From the NCBI GenBank assembly GCA_964463285.1, contig CAYXBB010000005.1, forward strand, positions 4,256 to 68,255: DNA of 64,000 nt, read 5' to 3'. Positions 38,301-46,316 of the stretch are shown piece after piece; positions within the stretch are counted from its first letter, which is position 1; every line of letters starts with the position of its first letter. Source of the DNA: an uncultured Syntrophomonadaceae bacterium (GTDB taxonomy: Bacteria > Bacillota > Dethiobacteria > DTU022). The translations under genes and the position numbers were made by a program. The notes beneath the pieces are model-generated. The model saw only the letters and a list, made by a program, of their open reading frames with translations, had not been told where the DNA came from and ran no database searches.

Positions 38301-38857
38301 TGGCGGTTGGTTTTGATTTATATTCCCGCCTGCTGGAACAGGCAATTGCCGATTTAAAACAGGAAAAAAGAGAAGAGCCCCCGCCCCCACCCAGGATTGA
38401 TCTGAAGATAAGTGCGTTTATTCCCAGCTCTTACATAGTCAGTCAGGATCAAAAAATTGATTTTTATCAACGTATTTACGCTTCCAGCTCCGAACAGGAG
38501 CTGGAAGCACTGGAGGAAGAACTTCGGGATAGATACGGAACCTTGCCGCCTCCGGCTACAAATTTGCTGAGGGTGGCCCGAATAAAAGTGTTGGCACTGG
38601 AGGCCGGAGTGGAGTTGCTTCAGCAGCGAAAAGAAGGGATAATGATTTGTTTTGATCCAAATTACCGGCCTGACCCCGATCTGCTCCGGTCCATGGCTCG
38701 AGATTCCGGGGGGAAAATTACCTTGCTGACCGGAAAATCAGCAACTGTAAAGCTGAGACTGGAGCGAGACGGGGAAGCGCTTACAGGGCTGATTAATTGG
38801 TTAACCGGCTGGCGAGATCTTTCTCATTGCCGTGGGGAGGTATCAACGGTTAAGTAA
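35309..38857 (+). CDS. mfd: Transcription-repair coupling factor Mfd
   Basis: Full domain set: UvrB-homology, RNAP-interaction domain, DEEQ helicase motifs, TRG motif. ATG at 35309 with GGGAGGAAGG RBS; the ORF track starts at 35267. Confidence 0.95.
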   Translation: MLLRGWLKLWFNTPLFAGLAHGIQSTPGYHASIQGVDQGAGAFIIAGLAEHCSLPVLVITADAVRAEKIYEDLLTFFPRSWVHLLLSRELFVTGDLLSQSAERLEQRLHFLSWARSGSSGIYVAPLGAILSRAVPPEYWSDLTLKLYPGLQMDRDYLLKRLVEIGYQRAPLIETKGQFSARGEIIDIFPPEQEQPVRVEMFADTIASLRTFDCRTQRSTGVRPEISISPAFELILPPDKYREKEADLRREVERAVAKLNLSKQAETADKFNRRVNRHLTRLAEPGGLEMFSTYFPYFYGPGASVLHYLNKQSLIFLDEPIQLVEQGARLRGELEDYYRSCLLQGEFLPGQPAPIFNEQEVLANIPWPVVSLSLFSTDQPFGPGEEYSLEIRGVPHYYGQWDLFQNDVWKWLREGYRVSLLAANVGRRDLLVQQLIEQGLPAVGGKQETLSPPDRGQLQVVVAEISDSFVMPSLRLAVISERNLIPRRRKKKLLSRHRGTGLQDYRELSTGDYVVHEQHGIGRYLGLSTLEVGGLQKDYLQVKYRGADKLYIPVDQIQLIQKYIGEQGKVPALHSLGSGEWTRLKNKVSSSIREMAEELLNIYSRRQTLPGYAFGPDHFWQQEFEGQFPYEETPDQLQAITEVKRDMEKAQPMDRLICGDVGYGKTEVALRASFKAAVEGKQVAFLVPTTILAQQHFRTFQERLADFPLVVAQISRFITPSRQKETLKRLAQGKIDVIIGTHRLLSKDVKFHDLGLLIIDEEQRFGVRHKEKLKKLRLEVDVLTMTATPIPRTLHLSIIGARDLSVIETPPENRYPVQTFVLEYSDQLVTEAIQRELKRQGQVYFVFNRVQGINAFAEHLQKLVPGARIAVGHGQMPEARLEQVMSDFLEHKYDVLASTTIVEAGLDIPNVNTMIIYEADKFGLAQLYQLRGRVGRSNRLAYAFLTYCKHKILAEESKKRLQAIKEFTELGSGFKIALRDLEIRGAGNMLGAEQHGFMMAVGFDLYSRLLEQAIADLKQEKREEPPPPPRIDLKISAFIPSSYIVSQDQKIDFYQRIYASSSEQELEALEEELRDRYGTLPPPATNLLRVARIKVLALEAGVELLQQRKEGIMICFDPNYRPDPDLLRSMARDSGGKITLLTGKSATVKLRLERDGEALTGLINWLTGWRDLSHCRGEVSTVK

Positions 38858-38906
38858 GGACAATGACTTGAAAACCGCCCAGGATGTATAAAACCTTTTC
38901 CGGGGA

Positions 38907-38938
38907 TGAATACTAACCAGGAAAGTTTGGCAGTTTTA
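38907..38938 (+). promoter_or_regulatory. Possible forespore sigma-G/F-type promoter for spoVT (TGAATA-N18-CAGTTTTA)
   Basis: tgaatactaaccaggaaagtttggcagtttta. The -35 matches the sigma-G consensus. The -10 is only an approximate match to CATNNTA. Confidence 0.3.
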
Positions 38939-38964
38939 CGCAAGCAACAAAGGAGGATACGGAC

Positions 38965-39519
38965 TTGAAGGCCACCGGAATAGTAAGGCGGATTGATGAT
39001 CTTGGCCGGGTAGTGATCCCCAAGGAAATAAGAAGGACCCTGAGAATCCGCGAAGGCGATCCTTTAGAGATCTTTATCGACAGAGATGGGGAGGTTATTC
39101 TCAAGAAATATTCCCCTATAGGGGAGTTGGGAGAATTTGCGCAGGAGTATGCCGACGCTCTCCACGAATCGCTGGGTCATATCTCCTGCATTGCCGATCG
39201 CGATGCCATTATAGCAGTTTCGGGAGCCCCCAAGAAAGAATTTACTAATCGGTCTTTAAGCAGTGTAGTGGAACAGGTTATCGAAAGCCGAAAAGCAGTA
39301 TTGATTAATGGTACCAGGGAGCATGAGCTATACCGGGAGGCGGATGAAGACGGAAGCCCACGTTTTGCCAATGAAGTTATTGCTCCAATCGTTTCTGAAG
39401 GGGATCCCATTGGAGCGGTGATTATGGGCAGCAGAGATCCGGCAGTAATGATGACCGACCTGGAGATGAAAATGGTGGAAACAGCAGCCTCCTTCCTGGC
39501 CAAACAGATGGAGCAGTAA
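38965..39519 (+). CDS. spoVT: Stage V sporulation protein T (AbrB-type N-domain + GAF domain)
   Basis: MKATGIVRRIDDLGRVVIPKEIRRTLRI N-domain, then GAF. Confidence 0.9.
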   Translation: MKATGIVRRIDDLGRVVIPKEIRRTLRIREGDPLEIFIDRDGEVILKKYSPIGELGEFAQEYADALHESLGHISCIADRDAIIAVSGAPKKEFTNRSLSSVVEQVIESRKAVLINGTREHELYREADEDGSPRFANEVIAPIVSEGDPIGAVIMGSRDPAVMMTDLEMKMVETAASFLAKQMEQ

Positions 39520-39606
39520 ACTTTTTGGCAACACTTGATTGTTAAAGCCTCGCCAGGCAAACTGATGGGCGTTATAGAGATTTTGATTTGAGAGGAAGGA
39601 AGAGCC

Positions 39607-41241
39607 TTGTCCAGCCATAGTTCTTTTGTCAGGGGAGCGGCCATACTGGCGGTGGCAGGGGTAGCGGTTCGCTTGATGGGAGCTGCACTAAGGATTATCC
39701 TGGCCTCTCCGGCCCTGCTGGGGGATAATGGGATCGGACTCTATCAGATGGCCTATCCCATTTTTTCCACTCTCCTGACGATATCTACAGCCGGGATTCC
39801 GGTAGCTATATCGAAAATAATTGCCGAAAATTTTGCCCTGTCCAATCAAAAACAGGCGTTCCGGGTGTTCCGGGTGGCGTTAGTAATTCTTACCTTAACC
39901 GGGCTGTTGATTACATTGGTAATGTTAGGGGGAGCCGGATTCATAGCCGGGGTAATTATCAAGCAACCCCGGGCCTATTATTCGCTGGTGGCCATCTCCC
40001 CGGCCATTTTTTTTGTTACCGTCATGTCGGTCTTCAGGGGTTTTTTTCAAGGGCGACAGCAGATGCTTCCCACCGCAGTTTCCCAGTTGGCTGAACAATT
40101 GGGAAGAGTGGCTGCCTCTGTTTACCTGGTGGTTATACTGTTGCCCAGGGGTTTGGAATTCGCTGCCGCCGGGGCCTCTTTCGGGGCGGTAGCAGGAAGC
40201 ATGCTGGGGTTAACGGTACTGCTGTTTATCTATTTTTGGGACAGGCCAAAATTTAAGCAGAAGATATCCCCCAGAGGTTTTCTTCGCCCATCCGGACTTG
40301 GCGAAATAGTCAGCCAAATCTTCCGGCTGTCGGTACCCATAACTTTCGGCAGCCTGATCATGCAGCTGTTTACCATGATAGATCTGGCCATAGTTACTCG
40401 CCGCCTCCAGGTGGCAGGGTTTACAATGGAAAGAGCCACTGCTTTGTATGGCCAGTTGACCGGTATGGCCGGCTCGGTGATCTATTTTCCCAACGTGGTG
40501 GTTATCGCTTTGGGGGTAAGCCTGGTACCGGCGATTTCGGAAGCCCTGGCCCGGGAAAACCAAAATCTTATCACCAGCCGCACCTCCATTGCGATTAAGA
40601 TTACCGTGCTGTTCTCTCTGCCGGCGGCGGTAGGACTTTATATGCTGGCTACCCCCATCACTGCGCTACTATTTACATTTAAGGCCGTTGAAGCAGCAGC
40701 TCCTTTGGCGATTCTATCCTGGTCGGTTATAGCTCTGTCACTGTATATTACCAGCACCAATATTATGCAGGGGCTGGGGCAACCTTCAATTCCGGTGCTA
40801 AACATGGTCTATGGGGGGATAGTAAAAAGCGTTCTATGTTGGCTGTTAACCGCCAATCTTTTCTGGAACGTAAAGGGTTCGGCGGTAGCGTCACTTATCG
40901 GATTGACTGTGGCGGCGATAGCCAACCTTTATTATCTCACTTGCTTTACGGGATGGAGGTTCAAGGCTTCAGAATTGGTGTTATGGCCCGGAATATCCGT
41001 GATGGTGATGGCGGCGACGGTCCATATAATTTACCGGGGACTGTTATGGTTGGCCGGATTTTGGTTTACACCGGCACTGGCAAATGGGGTGGCGGTGCTG
41101 GGGGCCATAGCCATGGGGGTGATGGTTTATGGGCTGGCCCTTCTGCTGTCAGGGGGATTAAGCCGTGAAGATCTAAATTTAATCCCTAAACTGGGAGGAT
41201 TGCTGATAAGGCTGGCCGAAAGATATCACTTATTACGTTAA
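39607..41241 (+). CDS. MOP-superfamily polysaccharide/lipid-II flippase-like protein (YabM/SpoVB family)
   Basis: About 14 TM. Position after spoVT matches yabM. Confidence 0.8.
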   Translation: MSSHSSFVRGAAILAVAGVAVRLMGAALRIILASPALLGDNGIGLYQMAYPIFSTLLTISTAGIPVAISKIIAENFALSNQKQAFRVFRVALVILTLTGLLITLVMLGGAGFIAGVIIKQPRAYYSLVAISPAIFFVTVMSVFRGFFQGRQQMLPTAVSQLAEQLGRVAASVYLVVILLPRGLEFAAAGASFGAVAGSMLGLTVLLFIYFWDRPKFKQKISPRGFLRPSGLGEIVSQIFRLSVPITFGSLIMQLFTMIDLAIVTRRLQVAGFTMERATALYGQLTGMAGSVIYFPNVVVIALGVSLVPAISEALARENQNLITSRTSIAIKITVLFSLPAAVGLYMLATPITALLFTFKAVEAAAPLAILSWSVIALSLYITSTNIMQGLGQPSIPVLNMVYGGIVKSVLCWLLTANLFWNVKGSAVASLIGLTVAAIANLYYLTCFTGWRFKASELVLWPGISVMVMAATVHIIYRGLLWLAGFWFTPALANGVAVLGAIAMGVMVYGLALLLSGGLSREDLNLIPKLGGLLIRLAERYHLLR

Positions 41242-41255
41242 ATAAGAGGTGCCCG

Positions 41256-42689
41256 ATGAGTACTGTACATATTATCGGCCTGGGCCCCGGAAAGCCGGGG
41301 CAACTAACAACCGACGCCCGGGAAACACTGCTAAAGGGGCAGCCTTTATATCTGCGAACCTGCAGGCACCCGCTGGCCGAGTATCTAACTGATCGAGGTA
41401 TACCATATAGAACTTTCGATTATTTATATCGCTCCGGCTCAAGTTTTAGGCAGGTATACCGCTCTATAACGAGAACAATAATCAAGTCTGCAGTAACCCA
41501 CGGACAGGTTTATTATGCGGTTCCCGGTCACCCGCTGGTCGGGGAAGCAGCGGTAGAACAGTTGCTGACTGGTGCCCGCATGCAAGGGATAGCGGTAAAT
41601 ATAATCCCCGGGCTTAGTTTTGTAGAACCGGTTCTGGAAGCCTTAAATCTTGATCTTCTTTGCGGGATCACCATACTGGACGTGCTGTGCCTGGATCGGT
41701 TGGTTGAACCCTGCCCGCAGCATTTAATTTTGGCCCAGGTTTACAATCGAAAAGTAGCCTCCAGAGCCAAGCTGACCCTGCTGGATTTATATCCTGCCAA
41801 CTTCCCGGTAACCATTATTAAACAAGCCGGGCTTCCCGGGGAAAGAAATTGGCGCATTCCCCTTTACCTGTTAGATCGCCGGCCTTGGTTTAACCACTCT
41901 ACTGCACTTTACCTCCCCCCGGCGAACCGTTATCGGTTAGGGGATTTGCTGGCTGTTATGGCCCGTTTGCGCCGTGATTGCCCCTGGGATCGCCGACAGA
42001 ATCACCATAGCCTGAGGCCTTACCTGGTTGAGGAGGCCTATGAGGTGGTGGCGGCCATTGAGCAGCAGGATACGGCAGCCATTCAAGAGGAATTGGGGGA
42101 CCTGCTGTTGCAGGTAGTATTTCACAGCCAGATTGCCAAAGAAAATGGGAATTTTTCCATCTATGAGGTGATAGCAGGGATAGTAAACAAACTTACCCGC
42201 CGTCACCCTCATGTATTTGGGAAAGAAACAATAACAACCGAAAAAAAAGTTGCCCAGCGATGGCAACAAATCAAATTACAGGAGAAAGGGGGGAAGGGGT
42301 TTGATCTGAAGGCGATAGGACTTGGGCTGCCATCTTTGCTTAAAGCGCTAAAGGTGCAGCAAAAAGCCGCTGGGTTGGGTTTTGACTGGCCTACCGTAGA
42401 TGGTGCCCTGGAAAAACTTCGGGAAGAGCTTCATGAGCTGGAAGATGCATACCGCCAGGAGGATTGGGCTAAAATAGAGGAAGAGTTGGGAGATTTTATA
42501 TTTGCGGCGGTAAATGTATCCCGATTTTTTAAAATGAGCCCCGAGCTGGCGCTGGAAAAAGCAATTAGGAAATTTATAACCAGGTTTGAATATATCAGGC
42601 AACAGGTGGAGAGTTCCAACCGTCCATTTTCTAGCTATACCTTGGAACAACTGGATGAGTGGTGGGAAGAAGCCAAGAAATATAGGTAA
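41256..42689 (+). CDS. mazG: YabN/MazG: tetrapyrrole-methylase-like N-domain fused to tandem MazG NTP-pyrophosphohydrolase domains
   Basis: Two EExxE-containing MazG motifs (EEAYEVVAA..., EELHELEDAYRQED). Confidence 0.9.
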   Translation: MSTVHIIGLGPGKPGQLTTDARETLLKGQPLYLRTCRHPLAEYLTDRGIPYRTFDYLYRSGSSFRQVYRSITRTIIKSAVTHGQVYYAVPGHPLVGEAAVEQLLTGARMQGIAVNIIPGLSFVEPVLEALNLDLLCGITILDVLCLDRLVEPCPQHLILAQVYNRKVASRAKLTLLDLYPANFPVTIIKQAGLPGERNWRIPLYLLDRRPWFNHSTALYLPPANRYRLGDLLAVMARLRRDCPWDRRQNHHSLRPYLVEEAYEVVAAIEQQDTAAIQEELGDLLLQVVFHSQIAKENGNFSIYEVIAGIVNKLTRRHPHVFGKETITTEKKVAQRWQQIKLQEKGGKGFDLKAIGLGLPSLLKALKVQQKAAGLGFDWPTVDGALEKLREELHELEDAYRQEDWAKIEEELGDFIFAAVNVSRFFKMSPELALEKAIRKFITRFEYIRQQVESSNRPFSSYTLEQLDEWWEEAKKYR

Positions 42690-42785
42690 TATTAGCCAAA
42701 CAAGCAGGATACCATAATATTTTAGCGAACTATCTGGTATGTGGTATGATACCTATTAAATTTCTTTTCAGGAGGGATTTGTTAA

Positions 42786-43058
42786 GTGAATAAATCAGAA
42801 CTTATTGAGGCTGTTTCTGAAAAAACGGAAGTTACTAAAAAAGTTGCAGAGAAAGTGGTAAATGCTGTGTTTGAAAGTATCAGTGACAGCCTGGCAGGCG
42901 GTGATAAAGTACAGGTGATCGGATTCGGGACGTTTGACGTTCGCAGACGGGAAGCCCGGGAGGGACGCAACCCGGCTACCGGAGAGAAGATAGCGATCCC
43001 TGCACTAAAAGCACCGGTTTTTAAAGCGGGTAAAAACCTTAAAGACAAAGTAAGATAA
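42786..43058 (+). CDS. hup: DNA-binding protein HU
   Basis: GTG start. GFGTFDVRRREAREGRNPATGEKI arm motif. Confidence 0.95.
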   Translation: MNKSELIEAVSEKTEVTKKVAEKVVNAVFESISDSLAGGDKVQVIGFGTFDVRRREAREGRNPATGEKIAIPALKAPVFKAGKNLKDKVR

Positions 43059-43088
43059 GCTATAATTAAACCATATTTTTTTAATCAA

Positions 43089-43120
43089 GGCCCCCACAGG
43101 CAAAGGGGGTCTATTTTTTT
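43089..43120 (+). terminator. Intrinsic terminator GGCCCCC-N9-GGGGGTC-T7
   Basis: After the hup stop. Confidence 0.7.
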
Positions 43121-43260
43121 AAATTTTTTTTCGGCATGGGGGCAAGGGTTGCGGTCAAAATCCCCGAAAAACTAAATCGGCTTTATATCTTAAATTGTGG
43201 TATAAATTTCAGACACAAATAAGAAGATAAATTTAAATAAAATTTAAGGGGCGTACAAGT

Positions 43261-44217
43261 ATGAGAATCAGATTAGCGAATGCAGTGGTTATAATACCGG
43301 TCCTGCTGTTGCTGGCAGGCGGAGGATGCCAGTGGCTCCGGCCCAGCCCGCAAATACCGGAAAAAATTAAAGGAGATGAGGGGACCGAGCCGATCCTTAA
43401 AGTGTATTTTCACGAAACAGAGGAAGTAAAAGAACTGCCTATGGAAGAATATATTGCCGGAGTGGTGGCAGCAGAGATGGATCCGGGCTGGCCTGTGGAG
43501 GCTTTGGCAGCCCAGGCCATGCTGGCTCGAAGCTTTACCCTGCAAAAGATCGAGGAAAAAGGCGGAATTCCGGAACATGATGCCCACGCTTCCACGGATA
43601 TCAAAGAATTTCAAGCCTACGATTCCACCCGGATAAATGATCAGGTGCGACAGGCGGTAGAAAAAACCCGGGGACAGATATTTGCCTACCGGGGTGATTT
43701 TGTAAGAGGCTGGTTTCATGCTTATGCGGGGCCAAAGACCGCCTTGGCCGACGAAGGGCTGGAATTTGAAGGCAAAAACCCCCCTTATATACATAACGTG
43801 CCCAGCCCCGGAGGGAAGATAATTCCTGAAAACGAAGGAAACTGGAGCGCTTCCTTTCCCTTGCAGGAGGTCCAGGCTACTGTAACGGAAATGACCGGTA
43901 AAGATCCGGGGCCGATAACAGAGGTTAAAATTGAGGCCACCGGTCCTTCAGGAAGGGCCACCAGGCTGGCTTTCAACGAAGTGGAAATACCTGCTGCTTC
44001 TTTCCGTTTGGCTCTGGGGAGCACGGAAATGCGTTCAACCCTGCTTGACTCCATACAAATTTCCGGTGAAAACCTGTTCCTTTCCGGGATGGGTTATGGT
44101 CACGGGGTAGGGATGTGTCAGTGGGGTGCCCGGGCACTTGCCGAAGAAGGAAAGTCCGGTGAACAAATCATCGAATATTTTTTTAAAGGGGTAAACATGG
44201 TTAAATTATGGGATTAA
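43261..44217 (+). CDS. spoIID: SpoIID/LytB-family lytic transglycosylase-like lipoprotein
   Basis: Lipobox LLAGGGC. YIAGVVAAEM...EALAAQAMLARSF and GYGHGVGMCQWGA signatures. Confidence 0.8.
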   Translation: MRIRLANAVVIIPVLLLLAGGGCQWLRPSPQIPEKIKGDEGTEPILKVYFHETEEVKELPMEEYIAGVVAAEMDPGWPVEALAAQAMLARSFTLQKIEEKGGIPEHDAHASTDIKEFQAYDSTRINDQVRQAVEKTRGQIFAYRGDFVRGWFHAYAGPKTALADEGLEFEGKNPPYIHNVPSPGGKIIPENEGNWSASFPLQEVQATVTEMTGKDPGPITEVKIEATGPSGRATRLAFNEVEIPAASFRLALGSTEMRSTLLDSIQISGENLFLSGMGYGHGVGMCQWGARALAEEGKSGEQIIEYFFKGVNMVKLWD

Positions 44218-44320
44218 ACTTTTGTACAGTGGGCTATTTTAAACTGCTGCTTCATATATTTCTTATGGACAGGGCATCAGGTTTTTTCTAAAAAGAAGGT
44301 AATTCTTAGGCATTGTTTTT

Positions 44321-44641
44321 TTGCAAACTATAGCTGCTAAAGAGGTGAAACGGGTGGAGGAAAAATACAGTTTTAAATCCGGGCAGCACCGCCTGATTAT
44401 TGATAACCGGGAACGTACAGAGGTATTTGGGGTAGTGCACGTGGATAGTTTTGATGAAGAAGAGGTAATTATGGAAACGGAGCTGGGGATGCTGGCGGTG
44501 CGAGGAGAGAACCTGCATATCAGGCATTTGAATCTGGAGCAGGGGGAGGTAGTGATCGAGGGTCTGGTATTGGAATTAGCCTATGCTGAAGATAAGGGGA
44601 GCGGCAGGGGAAAAAGTGTTTGGCAGCGAATATTTAAATAG
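44321..44641 (+). CDS. yabP: Sporulation protein YabP
   Basis: HVDSFDEEEV...LAVRGENLHIRHLNLEQGEVVIEG parallels YabP. The start may be GTG at about 44357. Confidence 0.8.
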   Translation: MQTIAAKEVKRVEEKYSFKSGQHRLIIDNRERTEVFGVVHVDSFDEEEVIMETELGMLAVRGENLHIRHLNLEQGEVVIEGLVLELAYAEDKGSGRGKSVWQRIFK

Positions 44642-44653
44642 CGGAGGGCTATT

Positions 44654-45121
44654 ATGCCCGATCAGTTCACCCTGTTTACCGAGGCGGCGGCACTGGGTCT
44701 GCTATTGGGTGCCAATTATGATATTTTTCGGGCACTCAGGGCCTGTTATCAGATAAAAAAAATCACATTGGTATTTGTTACGGACAGTCTGTTTTGGCTT
44801 ACCGCCACCATATATTGCCTGTGGTATATTTTTTATTGCCGCTGGGGAGAAATTTATCCCTTTACTTATTTTGGCCTGGCGGTAGGAGCGGCAGTATATT
44901 TCTGCTGGTTGAGCCCCTGCCTGTTTAAAATCTGGCATAAGCTCTTTTCTGGGGTAATACAGGCAGGGGCTTTTAGCCGAGGGATACTTAAGCGGGTTTT
45001 GGCGATCGTTTCATTCTCCACAGATCGGATTTCTACCGGCATGGGGACAAAGCTGAAAGTAGTTAAGAATTTATCTTCTGTAAGAAGGGTTTTTCACCAT
45101 ATCTACCGAAACAAAAAGTAA
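44654..45121 (+). CDS. yabQ: Spore cortex biosynthesis membrane protein YabQ
   Basis: Multi-TM protein following yabP in the conserved order. Confidence 0.65.
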   Translation: MPDQFTLFTEAAALGLLLGANYDIFRALRACYQIKKITLVFVTDSLFWLTATIYCLWYIFYCRWGEIYPFTYFGLAVGAAVYFCWLSPCLFKIWHKLFSGVIQAGAFSRGILKRVLAIVSFSTDRISTGMGTKLKVVKNLSSVRRVFHHIYRNKK

Positions 45122-45164
45122 TATTACTCTGTATCAAGTACCGGCCCGGGAGCGAATAAATACC

Positions 45165-45488
45165 ATGAGCTCAGTTAAAACCCGTCCCAAGGTAATCAGG
45201 ATAAGAAAAGTGCGCCCCGGGTTGTCATTTCAAAAGCTGGCGGTGACGGCGGGGCTTATGCTAGCGATATTTTTAACAATAATTATAATCTTTCAGGCAG
45301 GCCAATATTTCCGGTTAAAACAGGCGGTTATTGGTTGCCGGATCCAACTTGAACAACATGAAACTCGCAATGAACAGATTAAGGAAGAGATAGAGCGACT
45401 TTACGATGCAGAATATATCGAACTGTTAGCCAGGAAATATCTGGGATTGGTAAAACCCGGAGAAATAGTTTTTCAATTAAATGATTGA
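45165..45488 (+). CDS. divIC: Septum formation initiator, DivIC/FtsB family
   Basis: Single TM followed by coiled coil. Conserved position. Confidence 0.75.
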   Translation: MSSVKTRPKVIRIRKVRPGLSFQKLAVTAGLMLAIFLTIIIIFQAGQYFRLKQAVIGCRIQLEQHETRNEQIKEEIERLYDAEYIELLARKYLGLVKPGEIVFQLND

Positions 45489-45561
45489 CAAGCCTTGTAG
45501 AGAGGCTATAATTGTGTTTAGAATTATAAAAGGATTAAAATAAGGAGGAGCATTTTTTGGT

Positions 45562-45948
45562 ATGCCCGTTAAAGTAGGCAACATAGTGGAGGGGGTGGTA
45601 ACCGGGATCACTAACTTTGGTGCGTTTATATTGCTTCCCAATGGAGATACCGGGCTGGTGCATATTTCCGAGGTGGCCGACTCTTATGTGAAGGATATCA
45701 ATGATTACCTGAAAAAAGACGATAAGGTAGATGTAAAAGTGCTCTCGGTGGATGGTAATGGAAAGATCGGTCTTTCGATTAGGCGAGCCTGTAAAAGCTC
45801 GCGGCGTTATCCGGGCCGGGAAGATCGCAGCAGCTTTGAAGATAAGCTGACCAAGTTTTTGAAAGAAAGCGATGAGCGGCTTCAGGACTTGAAACGGAAC
45901 ACTGAATCTAAAAGAGGCGGGCGGGGTACCTTTCGGGAAGCATTTTAA
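45562..45948 (+). CDS. yabR: S1 RNA-binding domain protein YabR
   Basis: GNIVEGVVTGITNFGAFILLPNGDTGLVHISEV S1 fold. Confidence 0.85.
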   Translation: MPVKVGNIVEGVVTGITNFGAFILLPNGDTGLVHISEVADSYVKDINDYLKKDDKVDVKVLSVDGNGKIGLSIRRACKSSRRYPGREDRSSFEDKLTKFLKESDERLQDLKRNTESKRGGRGTFREAF

Positions 45949-45977
45949 ATTAAAATATATTAACATTTTGTGCTTGC

Positions 45978-46004
45978 AAAACACTCTTAACCGGGTGTTT
46001 TTTG
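45978..46004. terminator. Terminator-like hairpin AAAACAC-N10-GTGTTTT followed by T run
   Basis: After the yabR stop. Confidence 0.5.
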
Positions 46005-46222
46005 TTATGTTCCCTTTCCCCAATAAAATTTATTATCTTGCGGCTGTTTACGATCATCCCCCGTATTTGCTGTAAATGACTATTTTGCAGTTAATTTTAA
46101 TTAGCTCGGAAATTTATTCGATCTGGTTTTACCCAAGCAGCCCCAAATCGAAACCCCCGTTCGTTTCTCGCAGATCATAAAATGGCAACCCTTACCGGTA
46201 AACGGTGAGGGATGCTAACATT

Positions 46223-46288
46223 TGTCGCAATAAAAAATTACAGAGTTTACTTAATATGACATACATTTTGCAATAGGCCTTTTATAAT
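46223..46288 (+). promoter_or_regulatory. spoIIE promoter region: near-0A box TGTCGCA and -35-like ATGACA separated from TATAAT by a 21-bp spacer
   Basis: atgacatacattttgcaataggcctttTATAAT. The 21-nt spacing matches the unusual Spo0A-activated spoIIE promoter of B. subtilis. Confidence 0.45.
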
Positions 46289-46316
46289 GGGGTTGTCTTA
46301 AGGAGGTGACCCGGTA

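Noticed and set aside
45535-46023. Minus-strand 162-aa ORF over yabR
   Set aside because: Antisense to the S1-domain gene, which has strong homology. No RBS.
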